A stretch of DNA of 45,527 bases, taken from Gammaproteobacteria bacterium. Its GTDB lineage: Bacteria > Pseudomonadota > Gammaproteobacteria > Burkholderiales > SHXO01. The stretch lies in NCBI GenBank assembly GCA_041488355.1, contig JBGPPC010000003.1:1-45527 (forward strand). Direction: 5' to 3'. A program made the translations under genes and the position numbers. This document shows, piece after piece, positions 9,712 through 19,411 of the stretch. How positions within the stretch are numbered: position 1 is the stretch's first letter; each line of letters opens with the position of its first letter. Under the pieces are notes generated by a model. The model ran no database searches and had not been told where the DNA came from. It saw only the letters and a program-made list of their open reading frames with translations.

Positions 9712-10206
9712 TTACTTTCCGCGCCAGTGAGACGTGGTGGCCGCGGCCTCTGGTTCCCGCGATTGCGCTGCTGCCAGAAGCCGGCGTAGCGTCACGCTCA
9801 TTGCTGCGGCCTCTTCGTCCCCGAGCTGGCTCTCGAACAGGTCCTTGATGCCCTGCGCGTACACCGGCCACATGCTCCGGCGCACTGCTTTGCCAGACTC
9901 GGTCAGCACGGCATAGGCGCCGCGCCGATCTTCCTCCGAGCGCTCTCGCTCGACGAGCCCGGCATCCTCCAGGCGGTCCACGAGCCGGGTCAGGTTGCTG
10001 CGAGACAGGACTACCTTGCTTGCGAGCTCACTCATGCGCAGACGCTGCTGCGGCGCCCGCTCCAGACCCCAGAGGACGTCGTACCAGCCAAGCGCCGGCA
10101 ACCCTGCCTGGGCCAGCCGATTCTCTATCCCCTCTAACAGAACGGCATGTGTGATCAAAAATAGTGACCAGACCGAACCTTTTGATGTTTCGAGAGATTT
10201 ACCCAT
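9712..10206 (-). CDS. MarR-family transcriptional regulator
   Basis: WYDVLWGL, LRMSELA, LSRSNLTRLVDRLE, EDRRG...LTESG; RBS GGAGG 7 nt before the ATG at 10206. Confidence 0.92.
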   Translation of the reverse strand: MGKSLETSKGSVWSLFLITHAVLLEGIENRLAQAGLPALGWYDVLWGLERAPQQRLRMSELASKVVLSRSNLTRLVDRLEDAGLVERERSEEDRRGAYAVLTESGKAVRRSMWPVYAQGIKDLFESQLGDEEAAAMSVTLRRLLAAAQSREPEAAATTSHWRGK

Positions 10207-10230
10207 AGTCAGCCTCCGTTTCTCAAATGG

Positions 10231-10296
10231 TAGCTGCAAACGCAAGCAATATCTATTAATTTGTAATTGCAATGGCAATTATTGCATGTTCAACGT
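10231..10296. promoter_or_regulatory. Putative MarR operator array in an AT-rich divergent promoter
   Basis: Perfect palindrome TAATTGC-aatg-GCAATTA (10264-10281); imperfect copies TAGCTGC-aaac-GCAAGCA (10231-10248) and TTATTGC-atgt-TCAACGT (10279-10296). Confidence 0.6.
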
Positions 10297-10317
10297 TAGC
10301 CGGCTTGGGGGCTCACC

Positions 10318-10668
10318 ATGCTGAACACCATCACCCGTGACGACCGTAGCCGGCACATCCAATCGACCAACCCTCCAGTGCTGTTGGAAGCGCTCCCCGA
10401 ACGCTACTACGCCGATCAACATTTACCGGGTGCGCGGCTATTCCCGCACAATCAGGTTGAGCAGCTCGTACCGGCCATTGCTCCCAACCGAAACACAGAG
10501 ATCGTCGTCTACTGCGCCAGCGGCACATGCCAGAACAGCCATCTGGCCGCCCGGCACCTGATACGGCTCGGCTACACCCACGTGACGGTGTGTGAAGGCG
10601 GCAAGCAGGATTGGGAGCAAGGCGGTCTCGCGTTCGAGTTCGGAATTCCTACCGAATCGGCAGTCTGA
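10318..10668 (+). CDS. Single-domain rhodanese-like protein
   Basis: HLPGA, IVVYCASGTC active-site loop, LGY..V...EGG..DW...GL. Confidence 0.9.
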   Translation: MLNTITRDDRSRHIQSTNPPVLLEALPERYYADQHLPGARLFPHNQVEQLVPAIAPNRNTEIVVYCASGTCQNSHLAARHLIRLGYTHVTVCEGGKQDWEQGGLAFEFGIPTESAV

Positions 10669-10691
10669 ACGCTTGGCCAGGCTCCTCTTCC

Positions 10692-10724
10692 CAGGCGGCT
10701 GCACCAGCAGCCGCCTGCTCCTCT
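10692..10724 (+). terminator. Probable terminator hairpin after the rhodanese gene
   Basis: Perfect 11-bp stem caggcggctgc-acca-gcagccgcctg followed by a pyrimidine run (weak U tract). Confidence 0.45.
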
Positions 10725-10810
10725 CGGTGGACGGTGCAGGCCGTCCATTGCTACATTGGCGCTCCGGAACCGCCGCCGCCACCGGCGCACTGAACAGGAG
10801 TCGACCCGGC

Positions 10811-12685
10811 TTGGAGCCTGGCCACCCCAATCTCGATTTGGATTTCCTGGCTACGGTCTTCGATGTCGCCCGCATCGGCATTTGCGTGGTGGACGGAGTC
10901 GGACGCTTCGTGCGCGTCAACCCTGCTTTCTGCACGCTCGCGGACTACCGCCCAGACGAGCTCATCGGACAGCACTATTCCATTTGCGCGCCGGCCGCGG
11001 TAGTGGAGGCCAAGGACCGATTCCTGGCGGCATTGCTCACCGACTCGCCCAAGATCCCCAGCGAGTGGATGATCCGTCGCAAGGACGGCAGCCTGTTCGA
11101 TGCCCTCGTGAGCTTTCGCCCCATCACCCGCCCCGACGGGGGACAGTTCGTCGTCATCACTTTCTCCGACATCACGGAGAGTAAGCGAGCGCAAGCCCAG
11201 ATCGAAGCGTTCAACCGAGAAAAATATCGCCGCGTCATCAATCTTACGAAAGAGGGCTTCTGGCTGATCAATGCGCGCAATGAAACCATCGAGGTCAACG
11301 CGGCACTGTGCCGGATGCTTGGCTACCGTGAAGACGAGATGCTGGGCCGTACACCGCTCGACTTCGTGGACGATCGCTATCGCCACGTCCTGGAGCGCCG
11401 CCTGGTACCTCTTCCCAGGCCTGCGGAGGCGACCTACGAGTCACTGCTGGTGCGCAAAGACGGCACCCGGCTTCCGGCCGCCTACAACGCGACCGCGGTC
11501 ATGAACGCACAAGGCGAACGTGAGTTCTCCTTCGCCTTCATCACCGACATCACCGAGCGCAAGCTGCTCGAGGAAAGCCTGCGTCAAACCCTGTCCGAGC
11601 AAAATGCCATTCTGCAGTCGTCGGTTGTCGGTATAGCGTTTGTGCGCAACAGCGATTTCATGTGGGTCAACAAAGCATTCGAGCAGGACATGCTGGGCTA
11701 CGCCGAAGGCCAGCTGGTAGGCAAGTCTTCCGAGCTGACCTATCCCTCGGGCGACGTGTTCCGTGCTATGGGACCCGAGATCAACGCCGCGCTTGCCGGT
11801 CACGGCGTGTACCAGACCGAAGGACGCGTGCGGCGCAAAGACGGGACACTGGTGTGGTGCCTGGTGAGTGGGCGTGCCATCGACCCCCGCAATATCCCCG
11901 TCGGTAGGATCTGGACCATCGTGGATATCAGCCAACGCAAGGCGGCGGAGGCCGAACTGGTGCAGGCGCTCGCGAGGGAGAAGGAGCTCAACGAGCTGAG
12001 GTCGCGTTTCGTGTCGATGACCTCGCACGAGTTCCGCACGCCGCTCGCAGCCATCATGTCTTCGATCGAGTTGCTGGCGGACTACGCGGACCAGCTCCCG
12101 CAGGACGAAAAGGCAGAGTTAGTCGGCGTGATCAAGTCATCCGTGCGGCGCATGACCGGCATGCTGGAGAACATTCTGGTCATCGGCAAGTCGGAGGCCG
12201 GACGGCTCGAGTTTCGTCCTGCCGTGATCGATTTGCATGCCCTTTGCGTCCACGCCATCGAGGACGCGCGCGCTGCTGAGGGCAACGAGCACGAGTTCGT
12301 CCTCGTTCGCGAACAAGCGCACACGGCACACTATCTGGACGAGAACCTGCTGCGTCATATCCTTAACAATCTACTTTCCAATGCAGCAAAGTATTCGGAG
12401 CCGGGATCCCGGATCGATCTCGAGCTGGCGTCAAAAGAAGGCGGAGTGGTCATCAACGTGAGCGATCGAGGAATCGGGATCCCGCCGCAAGATCTGCCCA
12501 GCCTGTTCCAGACCTTTCATCGCGGAAGCAATGTCGGCACGATCGCAGGTACGGGTCTGGGCTTGGCCATCGTCAAGAAGGCCGTCGACCTGCACGGCGG
12601 AACCATCGACGTCGACAACGTGGTGAACAAGGGTACACGCTTCACGGTAACGCTGCCCGAGATCGCACCCGCCTCCCGCGGCTAA
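10811..12685 (+). CDS. Soluble multi-PAS (x3) sensor histidine kinase
   Basis: Three PAS/PAC repeats (VNPAFC..RRKDGS..DITE; VNAALC..RKDGT..DITE; VNKAFE..RKDGT..DISQ), H-box SHEFRTPL, N-box NLLSNAAKYS, DRGIGI, GTGLGL. TTG start chosen from AGGAG at 10796-10800; start uncertain. Confidence 0.9.
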   Translation: MEPGHPNLDLDFLATVFDVARIGICVVDGVGRFVRVNPAFCTLADYRPDELIGQHYSICAPAAVVEAKDRFLAALLTDSPKIPSEWMIRRKDGSLFDALVSFRPITRPDGGQFVVITFSDITESKRAQAQIEAFNREKYRRVINLTKEGFWLINARNETIEVNAALCRMLGYREDEMLGRTPLDFVDDRYRHVLERRLVPLPRPAEATYESLLVRKDGTRLPAAYNATAVMNAQGEREFSFAFITDITERKLLEESLRQTLSEQNAILQSSVVGIAFVRNSDFMWVNKAFEQDMLGYAEGQLVGKSSELTYPSGDVFRAMGPEINAALAGHGVYQTEGRVRRKDGTLVWCLVSGRAIDPRNIPVGRIWTIVDISQRKAAEAELVQALAREKELNELRSRFVSMTSHEFRTPLAAIMSSIELLADYADQLPQDEKAELVGVIKSSVRRMTGMLENILVIGKSEAGRLEFRPAVIDLHALCVHAIEDARAAEGNEHEFVLVREQAHTAHYLDENLLRHILNNLLSNAAKYSEPGSRIDLELASKEGGVVINVSDRGIGIPPQDLPSLFQTFHRGSNVGTIAGTGLGLAIVKKAVDLHGGTIDVDNVVNKGTRFTVTLPEIAPASRG

Positions 12686-12878
12686 AGTCCTGGTGATCGA
12701 GAGCGCGCCGGCGATACTGCCGAACCTCACACGGATGCTGAGGCTCGAAGGATTCGAGGCCGTCGACGGCAACGCGACCCGGGTCGCGCAACTCGCCAGG
12801 CGCAACCGCAGCGAATTCTATTCGCTGCTGCACCGTGACGATCTCGATCCAGCGCTGTTCAAGACACCGCGCGAATGA
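12681..12878 (+). pseudogene. Chimeric response-regulator remnant: receiver N-terminus fused to GlrR/QseF-like C-terminal HTH
   Basis: AKVLVIESAPAILPNLTRMLRLEGFEAV (receiver beta1-alpha1-beta2) joined in frame to DGNATRVAQLARRNRSEFYSLLHRDDLDPALFK (GlrR-like Fis HTH). Confidence 0.7.
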
Positions 12879-12881
12879 CCG

Positions 12882-13346
12882 CTACTCCGGCGCTGTCAGC
12901 TGACCGGCAGGGATGCTGCCGTCGGCCAGGCCCCGAAAGTACTCGTAGATACCGTCGAGATTGTCGACCGCTCTCGCCACGCTCTTGTAGGGCGGCATCC
13001 CGCGCTCCGGGCTGCCGTCCAGGATGACACGCGTGAAGTCCGATCGGCTGCGAGTCTGCACCGATTCGATCAAGGACGGGCCGACGCTACCGCGATAGTC
13101 GGCGCCGTGACAGCGCGCGCAGTCGAGTTGGCGCACTGCGCGCCAGCCGTCGTAAGTCTTCCGATAAGCCTGCGCTCGCTTCACCACGCTTTCCAGATCT
13201 CTGCCCTCGTCCGGTTGCGCGCCCCAGATCGGCGAGGCAATGGCCGTCGTCACGAGCGCCACGACGACCCCAATCCGCGCGCAGCGTTGGGTTGGCCCGA
13301 CAACGTGAGCGGTTCTTTGTTCAAGTTCCACACGCATCCGGCGCAT
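12882..13346 (-). CDS. Monoheme c-type cytochrome, exported
   Basis: Hydrophobic signal-like segment (IGVVVALVTTAIA), CARCH heme motif, GPSL, distal Met in GMPPY. Start at 13346 or 13337. Confidence 0.82.
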   Translation of the reverse strand: MRRMRVELEQRTAHVVGPTQRCARIGVVVALVTTAIASPIWGAQPDEGRDLESVVKRAQAYRKTYDGWRAVRQLDCARCHGADYRGSVGPSLIESVQTRSRSDFTRVILDGSPERGMPPYKSVARAVDNLDGIYEYFRGLADGSIPAGQLTAPE

Positions 13347-13521
13347 TTCCTCTGGAGCAGCACGGCGCCACATCGGAACGGTCAGCACCCCGCTGTGCTG
13401 GTCAAGCGGCGCGACGCTGACACCGGCGCGCAGACCGACTCCATGCCCAACCATCCGGCGCTCGCGCGCCGTCAACATACGGTGCTGGCGAAGGCGCCGG
13501 CGCGGCAGTAACGCTATCGAT

Positions 13522-15576
13522 TCAAGGTGCGCGGTCCGGAATGCGAGCCACATCGGCAAGCCAGACCGTCGCCTCGCTGTCGCTGGGCGCACGATAGTCG
13601 CTGCGCGGGGAGAGCGAGCCGCCGGACCCCACCTTGGGCGCGTTCGGCATCGCGCTGCGTTTGTACTGCGAAGACTGGAAAAACCGGCGCACGAACACGG
13701 CGAGCCATTTCTTGATGTCGCCGATCGTGTACTCATTGCGTCGGTCCGCCGGAATGTCGGGCCAGTTACCCACGCGCCTGTCGCGCCAAGTGCACCAGGC
13801 CATGAAGGCGACCTTGGCCGGCAGGTAACCGAAGCGCAACGTGTAGTACAGATGAAAGTCCTGCAGCTCATATGGGCCCACCACCGCCTCGGTGCTCTGG
13901 CCCGGCTCGAGCTCGCTCTGTCCCGGCACCAGCTCCGGCGAGATTGGCGTGTCGAGCACATCCTGCAGCACGGCGCTCACCTGGGTGCCGAGCTGGTTGG
14001 TGCGGGCAACGTAGCGGATCAGATACTGGATCAGCGACTTGGGCACGCTGGCATTGACGTGGTAGTGGGCCATGTGGTCGCCCACTCCGTAGGTACACCA
14101 GCCCAGGGCCAGTTCGGAGAGATCGCTGGTGCCAACCACCGGTGCGTTGTGCACGTTGGCGAGTCGGAACAAGTGGCTGGTGCGCTCTCCTGCCTGTACG
14201 TTCTCGAACGTCACGTCGTACACCGGCTTGCCCTCCGCGAATGGATGGCCGATGTCCTTGAACATCTGCAGGCAGCTCGGCCGGATGTCCACTTCACGGG
14301 CCGTGGCGCCCACCGCGCTCATCAAACGGCGTGATTGGTCCAATGTCCGTTCGCTGGTAGCGAAGCCGGGCATGGTGTAGGCGAGGATATTGCGCCGGGG
14401 CAGACCCATCACATCCATGGCGCGCGCGCACACGATCAATGCCTGCGTCGAATCCAACCCCCCGGATATGCCGATCACGACCTGGTCCGACTTCATCGCC
14501 TTCAAGCGCTTGACCAAACCCTGCACTTGTATTTCGTACACCTCGTGACAGCGTTCGTCGCGCGTCGCAGGGTCGGCAGGGACGTAGGGAAAGCGCTCGT
14601 AACTTCGCTCCAGCGGCAACGTCGCATCGATCGGCAACGGGAGCGAGAACGCCACCTTACGGAAGCTGGAGACTGTCCCCGCATGACGTGCAACCGACTG
14701 GCCGAAGCTGTTGGTACGCATGCGGTCCTGCGCGATCCGGTCGAGGTCGATATCGCCCGTAGCGAGGTGTGAGGCGTATTCGAAACGCTGGGTTTCGGCC
14801 ACGCGCGAGCCGTTCTCGTAGATCAGGCCGTGCCCGTCCCAGGCCAGATCGGTGGTGGACTCACCATAGCCGGCCGCGCAATAGAGGTACGCAGCCATAC
14901 AGCGGCCGGACTGATTGGCAACCAGCTCGCGCCGGTACTCGTCCTTGCCGACGGTAATGTTGGACGCCGATAGATTGATCAGGACCGTCGCGCCGGCCAG
15001 CGCCGCTTGCGAGGACGGCGGGATCGGCGTCCACAAGTCCTCGCAGATCTCCGCGAACAGCGCGAGTTGTGGCTGGTTCTCGGCCTGGAAGATGAGCCGG
15101 GTGCCGAAGGGGACGTCAGTTTGCCCGCACAGGTCGATCGCCGCGCGTGCGCAGTAGTCTCCAGGCGTGAACTGGCGCAGCTCGTAGAACTCCCGATAGT
15201 TCGGCAGGTAGGTCTTGGGTGCAACACCCAGAATCTTGCCTCCCGAGATCACCGCTGCACAGTTGTACAGCAGCCCGTCGATCTGCAGCGGGACGCCCAC
15301 CACCGCAACCAGCGTCAGCCCGCTCGAAGCCGCGACCACTTGCGCCAGCGCCGCCTTGGAAGCGTCCAGCAGCGCCTGCTGGTGAAACAGATCCTCGCAT
15401 GAGTACGCGGACAGACCGAGCTCGGGAAATGCCGCAAGAACCGCGTGCCGCTGTGCGGCTTGCTGCATGAGCGCGATGGTCTGACCGGCGTTGAACGTCG
15501 GATCGGCGACGCGCACCTCGGGAATAGCGACCGCAGCGCGGATGAAGTTGTGGCTATAGAGGTTGAAGAAGGACAC
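13522..15576 (-). CDS. nadE: Glutamine-dependent NAD+ synthetase
   Basis: Nitrilase-fold glutaminase ([26 protein letters not shown]) plus synthetase domain ([32 protein letters not shown]). Confidence 0.96.
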   Translation of the reverse strand: MSFFNLYSHNFIRAAVAIPEVRVADPTFNAGQTIALMQQAAQRHAVLAAFPELGLSAYSCEDLFHQQALLDASKAALAQVVAASSGLTLVAVVGVPLQIDGLLYNCAAVISGGKILGVAPKTYLPNYREFYELRQFTPGDYCARAAIDLCGQTDVPFGTRLIFQAENQPQLALFAEICEDLWTPIPPSSQAALAGATVLINLSASNITVGKDEYRRELVANQSGRCMAAYLYCAAGYGESTTDLAWDGHGLIYENGSRVAETQRFEYASHLATGDIDLDRIAQDRMRTNSFGQSVARHAGTVSSFRKVAFSLPLPIDATLPLERSYERFPYVPADPATRDERCHEVYEIQVQGLVKRLKAMKSDQVVIGISGGLDSTQALIVCARAMDVMGLPRRNILAYTMPGFATSERTLDQSRRLMSAVGATAREVDIRPSCLQMFKDIGHPFAEGKPVYDVTFENVQAGERTSHLFRLANVHNAPVVGTSDLSELALGWCTYGVGDHMAHYHVNASVPKSLIQYLIRYVARTNQLGTQVSAVLQDVLDTPISPELVPGQSELEPGQSTEAVVGPYELQDFHLYYTLRFGYLPAKVAFMAWCTWRDRRVGNWPDIPADRRNEYTIGDIKKWLAVFVRRFFQSSQYKRSAMPNAPKVGSGGSLSPRSDYRAPSDSEATVWLADVARIPDRAP

Positions 15577-15648
15577 GGCCAGGGCCCGTGATGAAGGGTA
15601 GAGTCGAATTGTGCCTGAAGGGCGGCAACCTGCCGCGACCGGCGCCGG

Positions 15649-16215
15649 TCAAGTCTCGGACCCGGCGGGACCGGTGTAGAACGCCGGCCATCTTTGCTTC
15701 ACGAGGGGGCCGTCCGATCGGTAGGCGTGGCAGGAGTCGAGCATTACTGGTTTGCGCCCAGGGTCAGCGCTCCCATCCCGCTTAACGCGAGCCGGGTAAA
15801 TGGTCTGGAACGCCGTAGTCGCCATCGGCCCCAGCAACTCGACTAGATGGGTGCAGCCTTTCGCGCCGCCGAGCAGAGCGCGAGTCTTAAGCGTCCACCC
15901 GGGCGCAATGCGCACGCCGACCAGCACCTTGAAGTTGTCGGTGATCTCGCCGCACACGCTATAGGGGCCGAAATCGGTCCTCGCCTCCACCTGCTGCACC
16001 ACGAGGTCCGTGTCGACCGTCAGGCGGATCCACATTTCGTGCAGCGGTTCGCCCGCGCGGATGATCCCTCCTCGGTCGGGATTGGCAAAGTCATAGGGCT
16101 TCGTGTCCACCAGATGACCCTCGATATCCCACAGACCATCGTCGCGCAGGTATCCCTGGCACTCGACACGGCGATGATGCATCGGCTTGCGGCTTACAGA
16201 TTGGCTGAGCGGCAT
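15649..16215 (-). CDS. DUF2889-family protein
   Basis: HHRRVECQGYLRDDGLWDIEGHLVDTK, HEMWIRLTVD, GCTHLVELL, LDSCHAY; ATG at 16215. Confidence 0.8.
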   Translation of the reverse strand: MPLSQSVSRKPMHHRRVECQGYLRDDGLWDIEGHLVDTKPYDFANPDRGGIIRAGEPLHEMWIRLTVDTDLVVQQVEARTDFGPYSVCGEITDNFKVLVGVRIAPGWTLKTRALLGGAKGCTHLVELLGPMATTAFQTIYPARVKRDGSADPGRKPVMLDSCHAYRSDGPLVKQRWPAFYTGPAGSET

Positions 16216-16250
16216 ACGTTGCTTGGATTTCCTCGCATTACAGGGCTGGT

Positions 16251-16442
16251 TCAAACCTCGCCGGACGCATGGGCGCGCTGCGCAACGCGCTCCAGGACAG
16301 CCAGCTTTTCCTGGGGTGTCATCTCCAGCCAGTCCGCGATCTCCCGCAACGTGCGCCGGCACCCGAGGCACAGACCCGAGTCCGGGTCCATCTGGCACAC
16401 ATTGACGCAGGGGGAAGGAACGTGAACGGAAGGCTGGATCAT
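16251..16442 (-). CDS. DUF1289-family small Cys-rich (putative Fe-S) protein
   Basis: SPCVNVC...[16 protein letters not shown]; ATGA overlap with the HMG-CoA lyase stop. Confidence 0.85.
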   Translation of the reverse strand: MIQPSVHVPSPCVNVCQMDPDSGLCLGCRRTLREIADWLEMTPQEKLAVLERVAQRAHASGEV

Positions 16443-17383
16443 GCCGCCTCTTTCGAATTCGCTTCCTTAGCCGCGCGGCGAGCCGCTTTGGCCGCGAGTG
16501 CGCGACCCGCTCGCGATGCGGTCGGGCGTCCGAGCTGGCCGCAGATGAACTGCGCTGCCTGCAGCAGCTTGTCCATGTCTACGCCGGTCTGGACGTCCAA
16601 TCCATCCAGCATATACAGCACGTCCTCGGTCGCGACGTTGCCCGTCGCCCCCGGCGCGTAGGGACAACCGCCCAAGCCTGCGACAGAACAGTCGAACGTC
16701 GCCATTCCCATCTCGAGCGAAGCGAAGATATTCGCCAGGGCCTGGCCGTAAGTATCGTGGAAATGACCTCCCAGCTTCTCGATCGGGGTACGGCGCGTGA
16801 CCGCCTCGATCATGCGTCGGGTTTTGCCCGGCGTGCCCACACCGATCGTGTCACCCAGCGAGACCTCGTAGCAGCCCATCTGGAGCAGTCGCTCGGAGAT
16901 ATCGGCCACGACATTGGGATCGACCTCACCTTCGAACGGGCAGCCGAGCACCACCGAGATGTAACCCCGCACCTTGATGCCCGCGTCCAGTGCCGCCTTA
17001 CAAACCGGGCTGAAGCGCCCGAACGACTCCGCGATCGAACAATTGGTGTTGCGCCTGGAGAACGCCTCGGTGGCAGCGGCAAATCCGGCAACTTCTTCCA
17101 CGCCCGACGCCAGAGCGGCCTCGAGACCCTTCATGTTCGGCACCAGCACCGGATAGCTGACACCGGCCTTGCGCTTGATGCCGGCCATGACCAGGGCGTT
17201 GTCCGACATCTGCGGCACCCACTTGGGGGAGACGAAGCTGGTCGCCTCGATCACCGGCAGGCCCGCCTCCGACAGCCGATCGATCAACTCGATCTTCACC
17301 GCGGTGGGCACCACGCCGGGCTCGTTCTGCAGTCCGTCGCGCGGGCCCACGTCAACCAGCTTCACTCGCTTCGGCAGTTTCAT
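16439..17383 (-). CDS. liuE: Hydroxymethylglutaryl-CoA lyase
   Basis: [59 protein letters not shown]. Confidence 0.95.
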   Translation of the reverse strand: MKLPKRVKLVDVGPRDGLQNEPGVVPTAVKIELIDRLSEAGLPVIEATSFVSPKWVPQMSDNALVMAGIKRKAGVSYPVLVPNMKGLEAALASGVEEVAGFAAATEAFSRRNTNCSIAESFGRFSPVCKAALDAGIKVRGYISVVLGCPFEGEVDPNVVADISERLLQMGCYEVSLGDTIGVGTPGKTRRMIEAVTRRTPIEKLGGHFHDTYGQALANIFASLEMGMATFDCSVAGLGGCPYAPGATGNVATEDVLYMLDGLDVQTGVDMDKLLQAAQFICGQLGRPTASRAGRALAAKAARRAAKEANSKEAA

Positions 17384-19401
17384 CGCAATCGCTCCTCTTC
17401 GACCTCGAAGGCGATGAGCTGGTCGCCTTCCTTGACCTGTTCGCCGGCCGCGACGCGTACATGCGCAATGCGTCCGGCGGTCGGCGCGACGATGGTGTGC
17501 TCCATCTTCATCGCCTCGATGATCATCAGCGCCCGCCCCTGCTCCACCGCCTCGCCCTCTTTGACCAGCACCTCGATCACGCTGCCAGGCATCGGCGCCG
17601 TCAGGCGGCCGCCGGCTTCCTCATCTTGTACCGTCTCGAACTCGCACACCTGCAGCCGGTACGCGAGGCCGCTCGCGAACACGGTCAGCTCGCGACCGCT
17701 GCGCACGACAGTGGCGTGGATCCGTTCACCGCCGAGCTCCGCCACCAGACCGCCGTCCGCGGAGCGCTCTGCATGTGCCAGCAACTTCGTGCCCGGCAAC
17801 TCCAGCTGCAGACCGTTCCTGCGATAGTGCGCGGTGACCGAGACCTCGCGCGCCGCGTCCAAAAATACAAACGTGTGATGATTGTCCTGGTTGAGCCGCC
17901 ACCCATCTCGCAGGTTCCACGGTGACCAGCGATCTCCCGACCCCCCGGCCGCTGCCTGCGCCTCTTCGTCGATCCGCATCAACTCGAACAGCACGGCAAC
18001 CGCGAGTATCCGATCAGGAGTCGGCATCCCCGCAGGTATCAGCTCCTCACGGTAACGCTCGATCAAGCCGGTGTCCAGCAGGTCTGGTTTGCGATCTGCC
18101 ATCGCGAACGCCGGGTGTGCGCTCACGGCTGACAACAACGACAGATTGGTGACCAGCCCCGCGACCTGGCACTCGGCCAGCGCTGCACGCAGGCGCCGCA
18201 GGGCCGCGGGACGGTCCACGTCCCAGCAGATGAGCTTCGCGATCATGGGATCATAGTGGACGCCGACCTCGTCACCTTCCTGAACCCCCGTGTCGACGCG
18301 CACCTGCGCGGAGGCCTGCGGAAAGCGTAGATGCGCAATGCGGCCTGCTGCTGGCAAGAAACCACGCTCCGGGTCTTCGGCGTAGATGCGCGCTTCGAGG
18401 GCGTGGCCGGTAATCGCCAATTGCTCCTGTGTCAGCGGAAGTGGCTCCCCTGCAGCCACTCGCAGCTGCCACTCAACCAGGTCGAGGCCCGTGATCATCT
18501 CCGTCACGGCATGCTCGACCTGCAGACGCGTATTCATCTCCATGAAGTAGAAATCGCCGCCGCCATCGACGATGAACTCGACCGTGCCGGCGTTTACATA
18601 ACCCACAGCCCGAGCGGCGACCATGGCCACGGAGCCCATCTGGTCGCGCCGCGCAGCGCTCATCGCAGGTGCGGGCGCTTCCTCCAGAACCTTCTGATGG
18701 CGGCGCTGCACCGAGCAATCGCGCTCGAACAGATGCACCAAGTTCCCGTGGCTGTCGGCGAACACCTGAACCTCGATGTGCCGCGGATGCGTCAAGTATT
18801 TCTCCAACAGCAGGCGGTCGTCGCCGAAGCTGGATGCGGCCTCGCGCTTCGCACCCGCCAAGGCGTCCTTGAGTTGTCCGACCGACTCGACAACGCGCAT
18901 CCCCTTGCCGCCGCCGCCCGCAGAGGCCTTGATCAGAAGCGGATAGCCGATCTTGCCAGCCTCACGCACGAGCGTGTCCGGATCCTGTGCATCGCCATGG
19001 TAGCCAGGCACAATCGGGACTCCAGCCTTGGCCATGATTTCCTTGGCCGCACTCTTGGAGCCCATGGCACGAATAGCCTTGGCGGGAGGGCCGATGAAGG
19101 CGATCCTCGCGTGCTCACAAGCGTGCGCGAAATCCGCGTTCTCGGACAGAAATCCGTAGCCTGGATGAATGGCCTGTGCGCCACAGGCAAGCGCCACGTC
19201 GAGGATGCGATCGGCGCGGAGATAACTCGCGCGCGCCGGAGGCGACCCAATCAGATAAGCTTCGTCGCAGAGGGCGACGTGCAGCGCTCCAGCATCGGCT
19301 TCGGAGTACACGGCCACGGTGCGGATGCCGAGGCCCCTGGCCGTGCGCGCGACGCGACAGGCGATCTCGCCTCGGTTGGCTATGAGGATCTTGTCGAACA
19401 T
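17380..19401 (-). CDS. liuD: 3-methylcrotonyl-CoA carboxylase alpha (biotin carboxylase plus biotinyl domain)
   Basis: [49 protein letters not shown] biotin site; liu context. Confidence 0.92.
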   Translation of the reverse strand: MFDKILIANRGEIACRVARTARGLGIRTVAVYSEADAGALHVALCDEAYLIGSPPARASYLRADRILDVALACGAQAIHPGYGFLSENADFAHACEHARIAFIGPPAKAIRAMGSKSAAKEIMAKAGVPIVPGYHGDAQDPDTLVREAGKIGYPLLIKASAGGGGKGMRVVESVGQLKDALAGAKREAASSFGDDRLLLEKYLTHPRHIEVQVFADSHGNLVHLFERDCSVQRRHQKVLEEAPAPAMSAARRDQMGSVAMVAARAVGYVNAGTVEFIVDGGGDFYFMEMNTRLQVEHAVTEMITGLDLVEWQLRVAAGEPLPLTQEQLAITGHALEARIYAEDPERGFLPAAGRIAHLRFPQASAQVRVDTGVQEGDEVGVHYDPMIAKLICWDVDRPAALRRLRAALAECQVAGLVTNLSLLSAVSAHPAFAMADRKPDLLDTGLIERYREELIPAGMPTPDRILAVAVLFELMRIDEEAQAAAGGSGDRWSPWNLRDGWRLNQDNHHTFVFLDAAREVSVTAHYRRNGLQLELPGTKLLAHAERSADGGLVAELGGERIHATVVRSGRELTVFASGLAYRLQVCEFETVQDEEAGGRLTAPMPGSVIEVLVKEGEAVEQGRALMIIEAMKMEHTIVAPTAGRIAHVRVAAGEQVKEGDQLIAFEVEEERLR

Positions 19402-19411
19402 CTGGCGCAGG

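Noticed and set aside
10592-10810. N-terminal 73 aa of the 697-aa kinase ORF
   Set aside because: Overlaps the rhodanese gene and crosses a terminator-like hairpin; an RBS-supported TTG at 10811 precedes the first PAS domain.
13305-13511. Small plus-strand ORF between the cytochrome c gene and nadE
   Set aside because: No RBS or recognisable motif, and it overlaps the cytochrome start.
13347-13961. N-terminal part of the 359-aa ORF 12882-13961
   Set aside because: Overlaps nadE out of frame and is Arg-rich noise; only the C-terminal ~150 aa has cytochrome c features.
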